A DNA stretch of 64,000 nucleotides from Gammaproteobacteria bacterium RIFCSPHIGHO2_12_FULL_35_23 (GCA_001801465.1 MGXT01000020.1:134228-198227); one strand, 5' to 3'. Shown: positions 10,506 to 22,513, counted from the first letter of the stretch. The notes: a model not told the origin generated them from the sequence alone. Program-made: numbers and translations.

Positions 10506-11375
10506 ATGGAAGTCTTAGTCATTGATTATCAATCATCTGATGCAGCTAAGAAATTTATAGAATCAATTCGTAATACAGGGTTTGGTGTTTTAACTAACCA
10601 TAAAATTGACCACCAATTGATTGACACAGCCTATCAAGATTGGATAACCTTTTTTGCTTTGTCTGAAGCAGAAAAAAGACGGTATTTATTTAAACGAGAT
10701 TATGAGCAAGTACAGGATGGTTTTTTTCCTTTAGACGTTGCTGAGGTTGCTAAAGGTAATACCATTAGAGATATTAAAGAGTTTTATCATTTTTATCCTT
10801 GTTCCAAGAAGTTACCTGCTTGTATTAGTGTTGCAACGAGCCAATTACGGCTGGAATTATTGGCTATGGCAAAGATATTATTAGGTTGGTTAGAGCAAGC
10901 TTTACCGGTAAATTTAAAACAACAATTAAGTATGCCGCTTCGTGATATGGCTGATGAAGAATTTCAAACTTTATTGCGAATTTTGCACTATCCACCTTTA
11001 ATGGACTCTATTGAAGAAGACGCAGTTCGAGCAGCTCCGCATGAAGACATCAATCTTATTACTTTGTTAGTAGCTGCTTCAGCACCAGGTTTACAAGTAA
11101 AGGATGCTCAGGGGAATTGGTATAATGTACCTTGTGAGAAAAATAATATTGTGGTTAATGTAGGAGATATGTTGCAAGAAGCGACCGATAGTTTTTATAA
11201 AGCAACTACTCATCAAGTCATTAATCCAATGGGGGCTTTGGCAAAAGTTTCTCGTTTTTCAATGCCGTTATTTTTGCATGCTCGAAATGAAGTTGTCCTT
11301 TCTAAACGGTATACGGCCGAGGCGTATCGTAATGAGCGCTTGCGAGAACTTGGACTCCTAGAAGAAATTAAATAA
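10506..11375 (+). CDS. 2-oxoglutarate/Fe(II)-dependent oxygenase family protein (IPNS-like)
   Basis: H-E-D (HxD) ... H (THQVINP) ... RFS (RxS) facial-triad arrangement with correct spacing. Confidence 0.65.
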   Translation: MEVLVIDYQSSDAAKKFIESIRNTGFGVLTNHKIDHQLIDTAYQDWITFFALSEAEKRRYLFKRDYEQVQDGFFPLDVAEVAKGNTIRDIKEFYHFYPCSKKLPACISVATSQLRLELLAMAKILLGWLEQALPVNLKQQLSMPLRDMADEEFQTLLRILHYPPLMDSIEEDAVRAAPHEDINLITLLVAASAPGLQVKDAQGNWYNVPCEKNNIVVNVGDMLQEATDSFYKATTHQVINPMGALAKVSRFSMPLFLHARNEVVLSKRYTAEAYRNERLRELGLLEEIK

Positions 11376-11493
11376 TCGTTTAACTTATCATGACCTTAGG
11401 ATGGTTTAATGGGTTAGGCAAACAGCTTTGCCAGCCTAACTATTACCCTTTGAATAAAAATTAACTGCATTTTCTAAAAAAAATAGTTTCACC

Positions 11494-11523
11494 TTGCATT
11501 AGCTGGTATTTTTTTGATATAGT
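11494..11523 (+). promoter_or_regulatory. sigma70-like promoter for tRNA-fMet/rimP-nusA-infB operon
   Basis: TTGCAT (11494-11499), -10 candidates GATATA/TATAGT at 11516-11523, ~15 nt before mature tRNA 5' end. Confidence 0.4.
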
Positions 11524-11537
11524 ACACCCCTTACTGA

Positions 11538-11614
<77 letters not shown>

Positions 11615-11628
11615 AATTAATAAGAAAG

Positions 11629-11650
11629 GACCCCGATAGGGGTTTTTTTA
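11629..11650 (+). terminator. rho-independent terminator/attenuator after tRNA-fMet
   Basis: ccccg-ata-gggg hairpin followed by TTTTTTT. Confidence 0.6.
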
Positions 11651-11727
11651 TAAGGTGGGCTACAGGCCCATTTTTTATTTAAGGATTTGTTACTGAAAAT
11701 ATTAGAAACAGATCTGATGAGGAAAAA

Positions 11728-12189
11728 ATGATTGATGCAAAAGGCCAACAGCTTAATAAAATTTTAGCGCCTGTTGTAGAACAAATGGGCTATGAATATA
11801 TTGGCTGTGATTTTATTATACAAGGTCATTTTTCATTAGTAAGAGTGTACATTGATAAAGAAGGCGGAGTAGGGATTGATGATTGCGCAGAGGTTAGTCA
11901 TCAGATAAGTGGTATACTGGATGTGGAAGATCTAATAAAAACTCGCTATAACCTAGAAGTATCTTCCCCAGGATTGGATCGCCCTTTATTTACAGTAACA
12001 CAATTTTGTAAGGCTATTGGCCAACAAATTAAAATAAGAACCAATATGCCGATTGATGGACAAAGAAAGTTTACAGGGATTTTATCAACAGTGATTGATG
12101 AAAATATAGTGTTAGTTATAAATAATGAAGAAGTAACTATTCCGTATATAACTATAACTAAGGCGAATATTGTTTATCAATTTAAATAA
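11728..12189 (+). CDS. rimP: ribosome maturation factor RimP
   Basis: Similarity to RimP (DDCAEVSHQISGILDVED, LEVSSPGLDRPLF); position between metY and nusA. Confidence 0.85.
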   Translation: MIDAKGQQLNKILAPVVEQMGYEYIGCDFIIQGHFSLVRVYIDKEGGVGIDDCAEVSHQISGILDVEDLIKTRYNLEVSSPGLDRPLFTVTQFCKAIGQQIKIRTNMPIDGQRKFTGILSTVIDENIVLVINNEEVTIPYITITKANIVYQFK

Positions 12190-12278
12190 CGAGTCCTTAA
12201 AAAAGGGCGAGCAGGGGTGGTCTTAAGATTTTCTTAAGATGGGTAAAAATTAATAGACAGGAATGTGAGGCAGAAACG

Positions 12279-13763
12279 ATGAGTAAAGAAATATTAATTA
12301 TGGCAGAAATAATTTCTAATGAGAAAGAATTGCCAAAAGAAATTATTTTTCAAGCAATTGAATCTGCTTTAGCGTCTGCGACTAAAAAACGACATATAAA
12401 AGACATTGATGTACGAGTAGCAATAAACAAAAAAACGGGTGACCATGAAACTTTTCGCCGTTGGTTAGTAGTAGATAAAAATGATCTTGAACTTGAATTT
12501 GATTCTGAAAAACATATGACTTTAGAAGAAGCTAAAGAAAAATCTCCCAAACTTAAATTAGGTGATTACTATGAAGAACCTATGGAGTCGGTTGAGTTTG
12601 GTAGAATTGCAGCGCAAACAGCAAGACAAGTTATTGGACAAAAAGTAAGAGAGGCTGAGCGTAATCAAATTGCGGAAGTTTACCGCAAAAAATTAGGCCA
12701 ATTAATTACTGGGGTTGTTAAAAAAGTAAGTCGAGATAATATTATTTTAGATTTAGGCAATAATGCAGAAGTTGTTATTCCGCGTAGTGAGATGTTACCG
12801 CGTGAAACGGCCAGAATTAATGATCGTATGCGAGCTTATTTATATGATATTAATGAAGCAAGCTATAAAGGTCCTCAGTTATTAGCTAGCCGTACTTGTA
12901 ATGAAATGTTAATTGAGCTATTTAGAATTGAAGTGCCAGAAATAGGGGAAGAACTTTTAGAAATTAAGTCGGTGGCGCGCGATCCAGGTTCTCGAGCCAA
13001 GTTGGCGGTCAAGACTAATGATGGACGTATTGATCCAATTGGCGCCTGTATTGGTATGCGAGGAGCTCGTGTGCAAGCAGTATCGAATGAGCTAGGTGGA
13101 GAGCGAGTAGACATCGTTTTATGGGACGATAATCCAGCACAATTTGTGATTAATGCAATGGCTCCAGCAGAAGTGGTCTCAATTGTGGTTGATGAAGATA
13201 AACATACAATGAATGTTGCAGTAGCTGAAGAGCAACTTTCTCAAGCGATAGGTCGGAATGGACAAAACGTCCGTTTAGCTTCTGAATTAACGGGCTGGAC
13301 GTTAAATGTTATGACTGAGGCTGAAGCTCAAAGCAAAAGCGAAATGGAAGTTGCCGATATTATTAAGCTATTTGTTGATATTTTGGATGTAGATGAAGAG
13401 GTGGCAACGGTATTAGTAGAAGAAGGATTTACTACATTAGAAGAAATTGCGTATGTTCCTTTACAAGAAATGTTAAGTATCGAAGGTTTCGATGAAGAAA
13501 TTGTCACTGAACTACGTAACAGAGCAAAACAAGCTTTACAAAATATGCCCTCAAGTTCTGGTAAAATGCCCGCTGAGGATTTATTAGCATTACCTGGTAT
13601 GGATGTAGTGTTGGCGCATCGTTTGGCAGCAATAGGAATCATTACTCAAGAAGATCTTGCTGAGCAGTCGATCATTGAGTTAACAGAAGCCGTTAAGATT
13701 GATGAAAAGCAAGCGGCAGAGCTGATTATGGCGGCTCGTGCACCTTGGTTTGAAGAAAAGTAA
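12279..13763 (+). CDS. nusA: transcription termination/antitermination factor NusA
   Basis: MSKEIL...[14 protein letters not shown]-terminus, S1 and KH domains, C-terminal acidic repeats. Confidence 0.9.
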   Translation: MSKEILIMAEIISNEKELPKEIIFQAIESALASATKKRHIKDIDVRVAINKKTGDHETFRRWLVVDKNDLELEFDSEKHMTLEEAKEKSPKLKLGDYYEEPMESVEFGRIAAQTARQVIGQKVREAERNQIAEVYRKKLGQLITGVVKKVSRDNIILDLGNNAEVVIPRSEMLPRETARINDRMRAYLYDINEASYKGPQLLASRTCNEMLIELFRIEVPEIGEELLEIKSVARDPGSRAKLAVKTNDGRIDPIGACIGMRGARVQAVSNELGGERVDIVLWDDNPAQFVINAMAPAEVVSIVVDEDKHTMNVAVAEEQLSQAIGRNGQNVRLASELTGWTLNVMTEAEAQSKSEMEVADIIKLFVDILDVDEEVATVLVEEGFTTLEEIAYVPLQEMLSIEGFDEEIVTELRNRAKQALQNMPSSSGKMPAEDLLALPGMDVVLAHRLAAIGIITQEDLAEQSIIELTEAVKIDEKQAAELIMAARAPWFEEK

Positions 13764-13794
13764 AGTCTATAATAATGTAGTAAGAGGAAATGCT

Positions 13795-16443
13795 ATGGCA
13801 GCAGATAAAATAACAGCAAATGATTTTGCCAAACAGTTGGGGATGCCTGTTGAAAAGCTATTGGAGCATTTCAAAGCCGCAAATATGCGCGTTAAAGATA
13901 AGGATCAGCTGGTTTCTGCAGTACAGCAGCAAAAAGTAAAAAAACTTTTAGATACTCTCCTAGAGAAAGAAACCCCTAAAAAAGAAAAAAAAGAGATGCA
14001 AACTAATCAAATAAAAGAAAAAGCTAAAAAAATTGAATTTACTAAGCCTGAGATTAAAAAAGAGGTAGTTACTTTAGAGAAACCTGCTGGAAATTCTGCG
14101 AGCGAAGGCCCTAAAAAAATTACCTTGCGTAGACATACATTAAGTAAGTTAAAAGTCACCGGTTCCCATGGCGATAAAAGAACGGTGAATGTTAAAGTAA
14201 TTAAAAAACGTACCTATATTAAGCGTGGCGCTGCGTCTGAGGGCGTCAAGGAGCCTATGGAAGAAGAAGTACAAACACCTTTGTCTACACAAGCGCTTAC
14301 CAAAGAAGAACTTATTAGTCAGCAAGTGGAACAGGGTTTACTAGAGGAAAAAGCTGGTAAAGCTAATTTAGAAGAAAAACAACAGCCGGAGCCTGGATCA
14401 GTAGCCGCTATGGAGCTGGCTGATAAAAAGAAAAAGCATAAGGGGCATAAAGATAAATCAGCTGAAGACGAAGAAGAAAGTGAGGATGAGCGCAATAAGC
14501 GTAAGAAAAAAGCAAAAGCTCGTGAAGATTTTAAAGAAAAGCATCATCACCGACGACTAGATATAAGAATGTTGCCGTTGGAAGAAGAATTGACTGAAGA
14601 AGAGGCAGCTAAGCTTTTTCAACCTAAATCTCGGCTTGTGGTTAGTCATGTTTCTCGTAAACAAAAATTTGAAATGCCGACTAAACCAACTATATATGAA
14701 GTGGTGATTAAAGAAAGTATACTAGTTTCTGACTTAGCTCAAAAAATGTCAATCAAAGCTGCTGAGGTTATTAAATGTTTAATGAAAATGGGAATTATGG
14801 CGGCAATTAACCAGTCTATAGATCAAGATACAGCAGTCTTAGTCGTTGAAGAATTAGGTCATAAGCCTGTTATTGCCAAGAGCGATGCAATTGAAGATAC
14901 AGTTTATGAGGGCTTAGATATCTCTGCGGCAAAAGTTGCCAGAGCCCCAGTTGTAACAATTATGGGACACGTGGATCATGGTAAAACAACTTTACTAGAT
15001 TACATACGTCGTACTAAAGTTGCAGCAGGCGAAGCGGGTGGTATTACTCAAAACATTGGTGCCTATCATGTTGAAACCAGCAAGGGAGTTATAACCTTTT
15101 TAGATACTCCTGGCCATGAAGCTTTCACTGCTATGCGTGCTAGAGGCGCCGAAGCAACAGATATAGTAGTATTAGTTGTTGCGGCAGATGATGGGGTGAT
15201 GCCACAAACGTTAGAAGCAATACAGCATGCAAAAGCTGGTAAAGTACCTATTGTTGTAGCAATTAACAAAATGGATAAGCCTGACGCTGATCCAGAAAAG
15301 ATAAAATCTGAGTTGGCAAATCATGAGGTTATTTCAGAAGGATGGGGTGGCGAAGTGATGTTTGTCAATATCTCTGCTAAAACTGGTTTAGGAGTAGATG
15401 CCTTATTAGATAGCATTTTACTGCAAGCAGAGGTTTTAGAGTTAAAGGCTAGAGTAGAAGGGCCTGCACAAGGTATAGTGCTTGAAGCACGATTAGATAA
15501 AGGACAGGGTCCTGTTGCTGCAGTCTTGGTTCAAGAAGGAACTTTAAAATTAGGAGATATTGTTTTAGCTGGATTGCGCTATGGTCGAGTGCGAGCCATG
15601 CTTGATGAGAATGGTCGTGAGATTCAAGAAGCTGGCTCCTCTATTCCTGTAGAAATTGTAGGTATTTCAGAGCCTCCACAAGCTGGAGATAAATTTGCAG
15701 TTGTAGCTAGTGAGCGTAAAGCCAAAGAAATAGCTTTATTTAGACTGAGTAAGTTTCGAGAAGAGAAGTTGGCGAAACAACAAACGACTAGCCTTGAAAA
15801 TTTATTTGAAAAAATGGGTCAGGGTGAAACTCAAATCTTAAAAATTATTTTAAAAGCTAATGTTCAAGGGTCACTAGAAGCTTTGACTGATGCCTTACAA
15901 AAAATTTCTACTGATAAAGCCAAAGTTGAAATAATAGCTAAAGGGGTTGGAGGTATTACAGGTTCGGATGCTAATTTGGCATTGGCTTCAGATGCAGTTA
16001 TTGTGGGTTTTAATGTACGTGCTGATGCTTTAGCTAGACAAATTATTGCTAGTGAAAAAATTGATGTGCACTACCATAGTATTATTTATGATGCGATTGA
16101 TGAAGTAAAAAAAGCGCTTGAAGGTATATTGAAACCTGAGTACAAAGAAGAAATTATTGGTTTAGCTCAAGTAAGAGAAGTATTCCGTTCTTCAAAACTT
16201 GGTGCCATAGCTGGTTGTATGGTTATAGAGGGCATTGTTAAGCGTAATAAACCTATTCGCGTTTTACGTGATAATGTCGTGATTTACGAAGGAGAGCTAG
16301 AATCATTGCGTCGTTTTAAAGATGATGTAGGTGAAGTGCGTAAAGGTATAGAATGCGGTATAGGCGTAAAAAATTATAATGATATTAAATCTGGCGATCA
16401 AATTGAAGTGTTTGATTCTGTGCGGATTGTTAGTAAACTTTAG
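13795..16443 (+). CDS. infB: translation initiation factor IF-2
   Basis: GTPase G-domain ([24 protein letters not shown]), Lys/Glu-rich N-terminal region; ATG 13795 follows AGAGGA SD (ORF track start 13738 overlaps nusA and is probably too early). Confidence 0.9.
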   Translation: MAADKITANDFAKQLGMPVEKLLEHFKAANMRVKDKDQLVSAVQQQKVKKLLDTLLEKETPKKEKKEMQTNQIKEKAKKIEFTKPEIKKEVVTLEKPAGNSASEGPKKITLRRHTLSKLKVTGSHGDKRTVNVKVIKKRTYIKRGAASEGVKEPMEEEVQTPLSTQALTKEELISQQVEQGLLEEKAGKANLEEKQQPEPGSVAAMELADKKKKHKGHKDKSAEDEEESEDERNKRKKKAKAREDFKEKHHHRRLDIRMLPLEEELTEEEAAKLFQPKSRLVVSHVSRKQKFEMPTKPTIYEVVIKESILVSDLAQKMSIKAAEVIKCLMKMGIMAAINQSIDQDTAVLVVEELGHKPVIAKSDAIEDTVYEGLDISAAKVARAPVVTIMGHVDHGKTTLLDYIRRTKVAAGEAGGITQNIGAYHVETSKGVITFLDTPGHEAFTAMRARGAEATDIVVLVVAADDGVMPQTLEAIQHAKAGKVPIVVAINKMDKPDADPEKIKSELANHEVISEGWGGEVMFVNISAKTGLGVDALLDSILLQAEVLELKARVEGPAQGIVLEARLDKGQGPVAAVLVQEGTLKLGDIVLAGLRYGRVRAMLDENGREIQEAGSSIPVEIVGISEPPQAGDKFAVVASERKAKEIALFRLSKFREEKLAKQQTTSLENLFEKMGQGETQILKIILKANVQGSLEALTDALQKISTDKAKVEIIAKGVGGITGSDANLALASDAVIVGFNVRADALARQIIASEKIDVHYHSIIYDAIDEVKKALEGILKPEYKEEIIGLAQVREVFRSSKLGAIAGCMVIEGIVKRNKPIRVLRDNVVIYEGELESLRRFKDDVGEVRKGIECGIGVKNYNDIKSGDQIEVFDSVRIVSKL

Positions 16444-16452
16444 GCAGCAGCT

Positions 16453-16815
16453 GTGAAAACAAATAATCGTATAGTTCGAGTTGCGCAACAAATTCGTATC
16501 GAACTTGCTAAAATTATCTCATCTGAAATTAAAGATCCGCGGTTAGGGATTTTGACAGTTACTGATGTAGAGGTAACACGAGACTTTTCTTATGCAAAAG
16601 TATACTTTGTAGTAAGGGATAAAAGCCATGCTAAACAAAGTTGCGAAGTGTTAACCAAAGCCGCTGGCTTTTTAAGGCGTTGTTTGGCGCAAGAAATGTT
16701 ATTACGCCATATTCCTCAGTTAGAGTTTCACTATGATGAATCATTTGAGTATGGTAATCAGATCGATGATTTATTACGAAAAGTGAAAATACAGCCTGAA
16801 GAAGATCAAAAGTAG
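16453..16815 (+). CDS. rbfA: ribosome-binding factor A
   Basis: RVAQQIRIELAKII...DPRLG...VTDVEVTRDFSYAKVY matches RbfA; GTG start. Confidence 0.85.
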   Translation: MKTNNRIVRVAQQIRIELAKIISSEIKDPRLGILTVTDVEVTRDFSYAKVYFVVRDKSHAKQSCEVLTKAAGFLRRCLAQEMLLRHIPQLEFHYDESFEYGNQIDDLLRKVKIQPEEDQK

Positions 16816-16858
16816 CAAGCTGAGCATATAAATTTAACTCTTAGCTAAATTAAAGTAC

Positions 16859-17767
16859 ATGAATAAAGTTCAACGTGAAAAAATTAATGGCGTATTGCTA
16901 CTTGATAAGCCTGTTGGTATTTCTTCAAGTAAAGCTTGTCTTATTGCTAAAAAATTATTTCATGCTGACAAAGCGGGTCATACAGGTAGTTTGGATGTAT
17001 TAGCTTCAGGTTTGTTGCCTATTTGTTTCGGTGAAGCAACTAAGTTTTCTCAGGTTCTTTTAGAGGCTGATAAGTGTTACTACACGATAGCAAAATTGGG
17101 AGCAAAAACCACAACTGGAGACGCTGAGGGAGAGATAATTGCAACGGGTGATTGTTCTACTCTTAATTTATCATTAATACAAAAAGTTCTGGCTAAATTT
17201 CTTGGCGAAACAGAACAAACACCCTCTATGTATTCAGCATTAAAATATCACGGACAGCCGCTTTATAAATTGGCAAGGCAAGGAATAGAAGTTGCTAGGG
17301 CCGCAAGAAAAATTATTATTTATGAGATAACTGTTTCGCGTTTTCATCAAGATGAATTAGAGTTATTGGTTCATTGTAGTAAAGGGACTTATATTCGTAA
17401 TTTAATTGAAGATATAGGAGAAGTATTAGGGTGCTTTGCTTATGTAAAATTTCTAAAGCGTATTAAGACAGGGAGCTTTAGCTTAGAGTATGCGAGTAAA
17501 ATAGAAAGTTTGAATGCTAGAGCTGAATCAGAGGGTTACCAGGTTTTACAGCAATTATTATTGCCAGTGGATAGCTTGCTGCAATCTTACCCAGTTTTAA
17601 GCCTTACTAGGGAAGAGGCGCAAAGAATTGAATTTGGACAAAAAATAACCGTTTCTCAAGGGTTTAGGGGATTAGTAAGACTTTATAGTCCTGAGCGATT
17701 TTTAGGCTTAGGTGAGATGGATGAAAATCAGTGTTTAAGAGCAAAGCGCTTAGTTAAATATTACTAA
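16859..17767 (+). CDS. truB: tRNA pseudouridine(55) synthase
   Basis: GVLLLDKPVGISS, AGHTGSLDVLASGLLPI catalytic Asp motif. Confidence 0.9.
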   Translation: MNKVQREKINGVLLLDKPVGISSSKACLIAKKLFHADKAGHTGSLDVLASGLLPICFGEATKFSQVLLEADKCYYTIAKLGAKTTTGDAEGEIIATGDCSTLNLSLIQKVLAKFLGETEQTPSMYSALKYHGQPLYKLARQGIEVARAARKIIIYEITVSRFHQDELELLVHCSKGTYIRNLIEDIGEVLGCFAYVKFLKRIKTGSFSLEYASKIESLNARAESEGYQVLQQLLLPVDSLLQSYPVLSLTREEAQRIEFGQKITVSQGFRGLVRLYSPERFLGLGEMDENQCLRAKRLVKYY

Positions 17768-17907
17768 AAAGCAGCTAAAACTACAGTTTCTAGAGTGCAA
17801 CTGTTGCTTATTTTCATAGCATCTCGTAAAATGGCCGCTCTTTAATCCTTGCTTGACTATCCCTAGAAAATCTATATAGCAGGCTTTATTAACCATAAGG
17901 AGCTTTT

Positions 17908-18252
17908 ATGAGACATTATGAAATTGTCATCATGATCCATCCGGATCAAAGTGATCAAGTACCAGCTATGCTGACCCGTTATAATCAATTAATTGAAAAA
18001 AATGGTGGCAAGGTTCACCGTCAAGAAGATTGGGGTCGACGCCATTTAACTTATCCAATTAATAAAGTCCATAAAGCACACTACATATTGATTAATATTG
18101 AGTGTGATCAAAAAACTTTAGCTGAACTTGAATATTTATTTAGGTTTAATGATGCTGTCATAAGACATATGGTCTTAGTTCAAAATGCAGCTATTACAGA
18201 GCCTTCAGCAATGATGAAAGAAAGTGAGCATGATGAAATTTCGGTTCAATAA
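17908..18252 (+). CDS. rpsF: 30S ribosomal protein S6
   Basis: [15 protein letters not shown]-terminus typical of S6. Confidence 0.9.
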   Translation: MRHYEIVIMIHPDQSDQVPAMLTRYNQLIEKNGGKVHRQEDWGRRHLTYPINKVHKAHYILINIECDQKTLAELEYLFRFNDAVIRHMVLVQNAAITEPSAMMKESEHDEISVQ

Positions 18253-18298
18253 TCGAAAAAATTCAATCTAATATGAACAGTATAATAGGAGAATGAGA

Positions 18299-18520
18299 AT
18301 GATATCTCGACGTAAAAAGCTTTGTTATTTTACTGCAAAGAACATTAAACAAGTTGATTATAAAGATATAAATCTTTTGAAAAAATTTATTACTGAAACA
18401 GGTAAAATTGTACCTAGTCGTATAACAGGTACGAAAGCTAAATATCAACGTCAATTAGCTGCAGCGATAAAGCAAGCACGTTTTTTGGCATTATTACCTT
18501 ATTGCGATCAACACAAATAG
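18299..18520 (+). CDS. rpsR: 30S ribosomal protein S18
   Basis: [59 protein letters not shown] matches S18; second ATG has proper SD spacing. Confidence 0.9.
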   Translation: MISRRKKLCYFTAKNIKQVDYKDINLLKKFITETGKIVPSRITGTKAKYQRQLAAAIKQARFLALLPYCDQHK

Positions 18521-18542
18521 ATATCGTGGGTTAAAGTCAATA

Positions 18543-19457
18543 ATGATTATTCAACGCTTTACACAATTTATATTAAAGCGCCGTTTTAATGCGATTTTAA
18601 TAGCAATTTTATTTGCTTTAGTGCCTTATTTAAATTGGGTGAGCGGTATTGTTGTTGGCTTAATTACTTTGCGCAAAGGGGTAACAGAAGGTTTTATGAT
18701 AACGTTATGGGCGGCTCTACCAGGTTTGGTTATACTTTTCCATACTGGTTTATGGGTACCTTTTGTAGCCAATGTGGCTTATGGAACTTTTTTGGTATGG
18801 ATATTGGCGATTTTGCTGCGACGTACTGCAAATTGGTCATTGGTGCTTTGTCTCACAGCTTTATTAGGAGTGGTGGGAGTATTAGTAATGCATTTGGCGG
18901 TAAAAAATGTCTCGGCTTGGTGGTTCCAATACTTTAATTTTTCTTTAACCCAACTTGAGCAAGTAGTTAGTATCCCAGCTTCTGCTGAATCAAATATGAC
19001 CATTATGTTACAAAAATTGTCGGTTGTGGCAACGGGCTTGCAAATCATGTTTTTTAGTTTAGCAGCAATCATTGTACTATTTATGGCGCGTGGGCTAGAA
19101 GATAGATTTTTTAAACCAGGTTGTTTAGCACAGGAAGCCTATCAAATAAGAATGCCAATTTTAGCGAGCTTAGTTTTTATTGGGTGGCTTTTTTTGGGGC
19201 GTCAAGAGGCTGGATTTTTTCTTGATGCTTTACCTGTGTTGGTATTACCCTTTATTTTAGCAGGTATTAGTTTAATTCATGCTATTTTGGTAGCAAAAAA
19301 ACTAGCAAGGGGATGGTTTACTGGTTTTTATATTGTGCTCATTTTTATAGCTTTTTTTATGCCAGCGTTATTATTGATAGTGGTAATGATGGCATTATTT
19401 GATAGTTTAATTAATTTTCGTAAACGCTTCTTATTTAATGCTAATAAAATTAGATAA
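18543..19457 (+). CDS. polytopic inner-membrane protein (function unknown) inserted between rpsR and rplI
   Basis: 304 aa, ~8 predicted TM helices, no recognisable catalytic motif. Confidence 0.5.
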   Translation: MIIQRFTQFILKRRFNAILIAILFALVPYLNWVSGIVVGLITLRKGVTEGFMITLWAALPGLVILFHTGLWVPFVANVAYGTFLVWILAILLRRTANWSLVLCLTALLGVVGVLVMHLAVKNVSAWWFQYFNFSLTQLEQVVSIPASAESNMTIMLQKLSVVATGLQIMFFSLAAIIVLFMARGLEDRFFKPGCLAQEAYQIRMPILASLVFIGWLFLGRQEAGFFLDALPVLVLPFILAGISLIHAILVAKKLARGWFTGFYIVLIFIAFFMPALLLIVVMMALFDSLINFRKRFLFNANKIR

Positions 19458-19482
19458 GAGTAAATTGTAGTAGGAGAAAATA

Positions 19483-19935
19483 ATGGAAGTTATATTATTA
19501 GAAAGAGTTCATAAGTTAGGTCGTTTGGGCGACAAGGTAGCTGTGAAGCCAGGTTTTGCACGTAATTATTTAATTCCTTATGGAAAAGCCGTCTCTGCGA
19601 CAGCTGAGAATTTAGTTGCATTTGAAAAGCGCCGTGTTGAACTGGAAAGAAATGCTGCTGAAGCATTGGCTAAGGCAGAGAAAAGAGCTGCAGAACTTAA
19701 TGAGTTAATGGTAATTATGCAGCGTCGTACAGTGGATGATGAGGGTAAACTTTATGGCTCAGTGGGGGTCCATGATATTGCAGAAGCAGTTAATGCAATG
19801 GGCATGGCTCTTGAAAAAAGAGAAATTACTATGCCTTCAGGTCCAATTCGAACATTAGGTGAATATAGTATTGAAATACAGCTTTATAATGATATTACTT
19901 CGGTAATTAAATTACAAATTGAAGCTGAAAAATAA
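19483..19935 (+). CDS. rplI: 50S ribosomal protein L9
   Basis: MEVILLERVHKLGRLGDKVAVKPGFARNYLIP N-terminus is L9 signature. Confidence 0.9.
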   Translation: MEVILLERVHKLGRLGDKVAVKPGFARNYLIPYGKAVSATAENLVAFEKRRVELERNAAEALAKAEKRAAELNELMVIMQRRTVDDEGKLYGSVGVHDIAEAVNAMGMALEKREITMPSGPIRTLGEYSIEIQLYNDITSVIKLQIEAEK

Positions 19936-19956
19936 ATAACTGATGGTAATAAGGAT

Positions 19957-21342
19957 ATGCCCATAAAACAGCAGACCGCCGATAAGCAATTAGGTTCTTT
20001 AAAGGTGCCTCCTCATTCAAAGGAGGCTGAGCAATCTGTTTTAGGTGGCATTATGTTGGATCAAAATGCTTGGGATAAGATTGCTGATTTAATTTCTGAA
20101 CAAGATTTCTATCATCGGGAACACCAACTTATCTATAGACAAATGGTTGATTTAGCAAGTAAGCGTCAACCCCTAGATACTTTAACTGTAGCAGAGAATT
20201 TAAAAAAGCATGATCATTTAGAAGAAGTGGGTGGCGAGGTTTATCTCTTTGAATTAGCCAATAATACGCCGAGCGCCGCTAATATTATTGCTTATGCAGA
20301 AATTATTCGTGAGCGTTCCGTGCTAAGACAGCTTATTACAGTGGCTAGAGATATTGCAGATTATGCTTACAATCCTCAAGGAATGGACAGCGTGCAGTTG
20401 TTGGACCAAGCTGAGCGTAAAGTTTTTTCGATTGCGGAACAAACTTCAAAAAGTAGTGGACCAGTTAATATAAAAGCTATTCTAGCTAATACGGTAGATC
20501 GAATTGATACCTTATATAATAGCAAAGAGCCTATTACTGGTTTGGCAACCGGGTTTAATGACTTTGATCAATTAACTGCCGGCTTACAAAAATCGGATAT
20601 GATCATTGTTGCAGGCCGACCTTCTATGGGTAAAACTACTTTTGCTATGAATATAGCAGAACATGCTGCATTAAAAGGCGATAAGCCAGTTTTAGTATTT
20701 AGTATGGAGATGCCGGCAGAAGCTTTAGCTATGCGTATGTTATCATCGTTAGGTCGAATAGACCAACATCGATTGCGTACCGGACATTTAACTGATGATG
20801 ATTGGTCGCGAATTAATTCTGCTATGAGTATGCTATCGCAAGCTTCTTTATACATTGATGATGCAGCAGCGTTAAGTCCTGCTGAAATACGAGCGCGAGC
20901 GCGACGTTTGGCAAAAGAACATGGTCAGCTCGGATTAATTTTAATAGACTACTTACAACTGATGCAAATACCAGGGAGATCAGAAAACCGTACCGTAGAA
21001 GTTTCTGAAATTTCTCGTTCCTTGAAGGCTTTAGCAAAAGAATTAAATGTGCCAGTTATTGCATTGTCGCAATTAAATCGGGGGTTAGAACAGCGCTCTG
21101 ATAAACGGCCGGTCATGTCAGATTTACGTGAATCGGGCTCTATTGAGCAGGATGCTGATCTGATTGCATTTATTTATCGTGATGAAGTTTATAATGAAGA
21201 CAGTCCTAATAAAGGGACTGCTGAAATTATTATTGCAAAGCAACGTAACGGCCCTATTGGTAGAATAACATTGACTTTTTTAGGGCAATTTACACGTTTT
21301 GAAAATTACACGCGAGAAACTTTTGCTGGTGGTTTTAATTAA
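19957..21342 (+). CDS. dnaB: replicative DNA helicase DnaB
   Basis: Walker A GRPSMGKTTFAMNIA, RecA-like C-terminal domain, N-terminal DnaB domain. Confidence 0.9.
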   Translation: MPIKQQTADKQLGSLKVPPHSKEAEQSVLGGIMLDQNAWDKIADLISEQDFYHREHQLIYRQMVDLASKRQPLDTLTVAENLKKHDHLEEVGGEVYLFELANNTPSAANIIAYAEIIRERSVLRQLITVARDIADYAYNPQGMDSVQLLDQAERKVFSIAEQTSKSSGPVNIKAILANTVDRIDTLYNSKEPITGLATGFNDFDQLTAGLQKSDMIIVAGRPSMGKTTFAMNIAEHAALKGDKPVLVFSMEMPAEALAMRMLSSLGRIDQHRLRTGHLTDDDWSRINSAMSMLSQASLYIDDAAALSPAEIRARARRLAKEHGQLGLILIDYLQLMQIPGRSENRTVEVSEISRSLKALAKELNVPVIALSQLNRGLEQRSDKRPVMSDLRESGSIEQDADLIAFIYRDEVYNEDSPNKGTAEIIIAKQRNGPIGRITLTFLGQFTRFENYTRETFAGGFN

Positions 21343-21356
21343 ATAAGAGATAATCT

Positions 21357-22433
21357 ATGCCAATTGTAACGATCAATTTGGCAAATTTACTGCATAATGT
21401 GGGCGTGGTAAGAAAATACGCGCCACAGAGCAAAATTTTAGCCATGGTCAAAGCAAATGCCTATGGGCATGGTTTAATTCCAATTTCAGAAACTTTGGCT
21501 CCTATTGTTGATGCTTTAGGAGTAGCAAGATTAGAAGAAGCTATAATACTTCGAGATCATGGTTTAACAATTCCAATTGTTATTATGAATGGAGTTTGCA
21601 ATCTTGATGAAATCAAGTTGGCAAGCGAGCTCTATTGTGATTTGGTTATACATACAATGTGGCAGGCTAATTTATTACAGCAAATTAAATTAATTCGTCC
21701 AGTTAAAGTTTGGTTGAAAATTAATACAGGTATGAATCGATTAGGCGTATTACCAGAGGAAGTGGTGTCTGCTTATAACCAATTAATTTATTCTGCTAAT
21801 ATTATTAAACCAATTACTTTTATAACCCATCTTTCTGATGCAGATGATGAAGAAAATCCTAAAACAACAAGACAATTAGAGCAGTTGAATCATATTATTA
21901 ACGGATTAGAGGGTCATAAAAGTATTGCTAATTCTGGTGCTATTGTAGCATTACCTGACACGCATCAAGATTGGGTAAGGCCTGGCATTATGCTCTATGG
22001 AGGTTCGCCACTTAAGAGAGTTTCAGCAGCAAAGCTTGATTTAAAACCCGTTATGACATTGTCTTCCTATCTTATTGCTATTAATCAGGTGCTCGCAGGT
22101 GAAACCATTGGTTATGGTAGTACCTGGTGTTGTAGCGAGGCAATATCTATGGGAGTTATTGCTTTAGGATATGGTGACGGCTATCCAAGACACGCTGAAT
22201 CAGGTACCCCTGTACTCATTAATGGTAGAATTTGTCCCTTAGTTGGCAGGGTTTCAATGGATATGATAACTGTTGATTTAACTTCTATTCCGGATGCTCA
22301 AGTAGGCGATGCAGTAATACTCTGGGGAGAGGGATTGCCAGCTGAATTGGTGGCTGAAAGAGCGAGTACAGTTACTTATGAGCTATTTACTCATATGGTA
22401 CCGCGTGTTAAATTAATAAAATATATTAAATAA
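21357..22433 (+). CDS. alr: alanine racemase
   Basis: PLP-lysine motif MVKANAYGHG and C-terminal beta domain. Confidence 0.85.
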   Translation: MPIVTINLANLLHNVGVVRKYAPQSKILAMVKANAYGHGLIPISETLAPIVDALGVARLEEAIILRDHGLTIPIVIMNGVCNLDEIKLASELYCDLVIHTMWQANLLQQIKLIRPVKVWLKINTGMNRLGVLPEEVVSAYNQLIYSANIIKPITFITHLSDADDEENPKTTRQLEQLNHIINGLEGHKSIANSGAIVALPDTHQDWVRPGIMLYGGSPLKRVSAAKLDLKPVMTLSSYLIAINQVLAGETIGYGSTWCCSEAISMGVIALGYGDGYPRHAESGTPVLINGRICPLVGRVSMDMITVDLTSIPDAQVGDAVILWGEGLPAELVAERASTVTYELFTHMVPRVKLIKYIK

Positions 22434-22513
22434 GCTTACGTAAAATATAGATCAATTAATTAACTTTTCATTTTATATCAATATAATAAAATTCAATTAT
22501 AGGATTAAATTTT

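Noticed and set aside
17853-17880. Putative rpsF promoter (TTGACT at 17853-17858)
   Set aside because: The -35 is good, but no acceptable -10 hexamer at 16-18 bp spacing (TATATA at 14 bp, TATAGC at 16 bp); not reported as a feature
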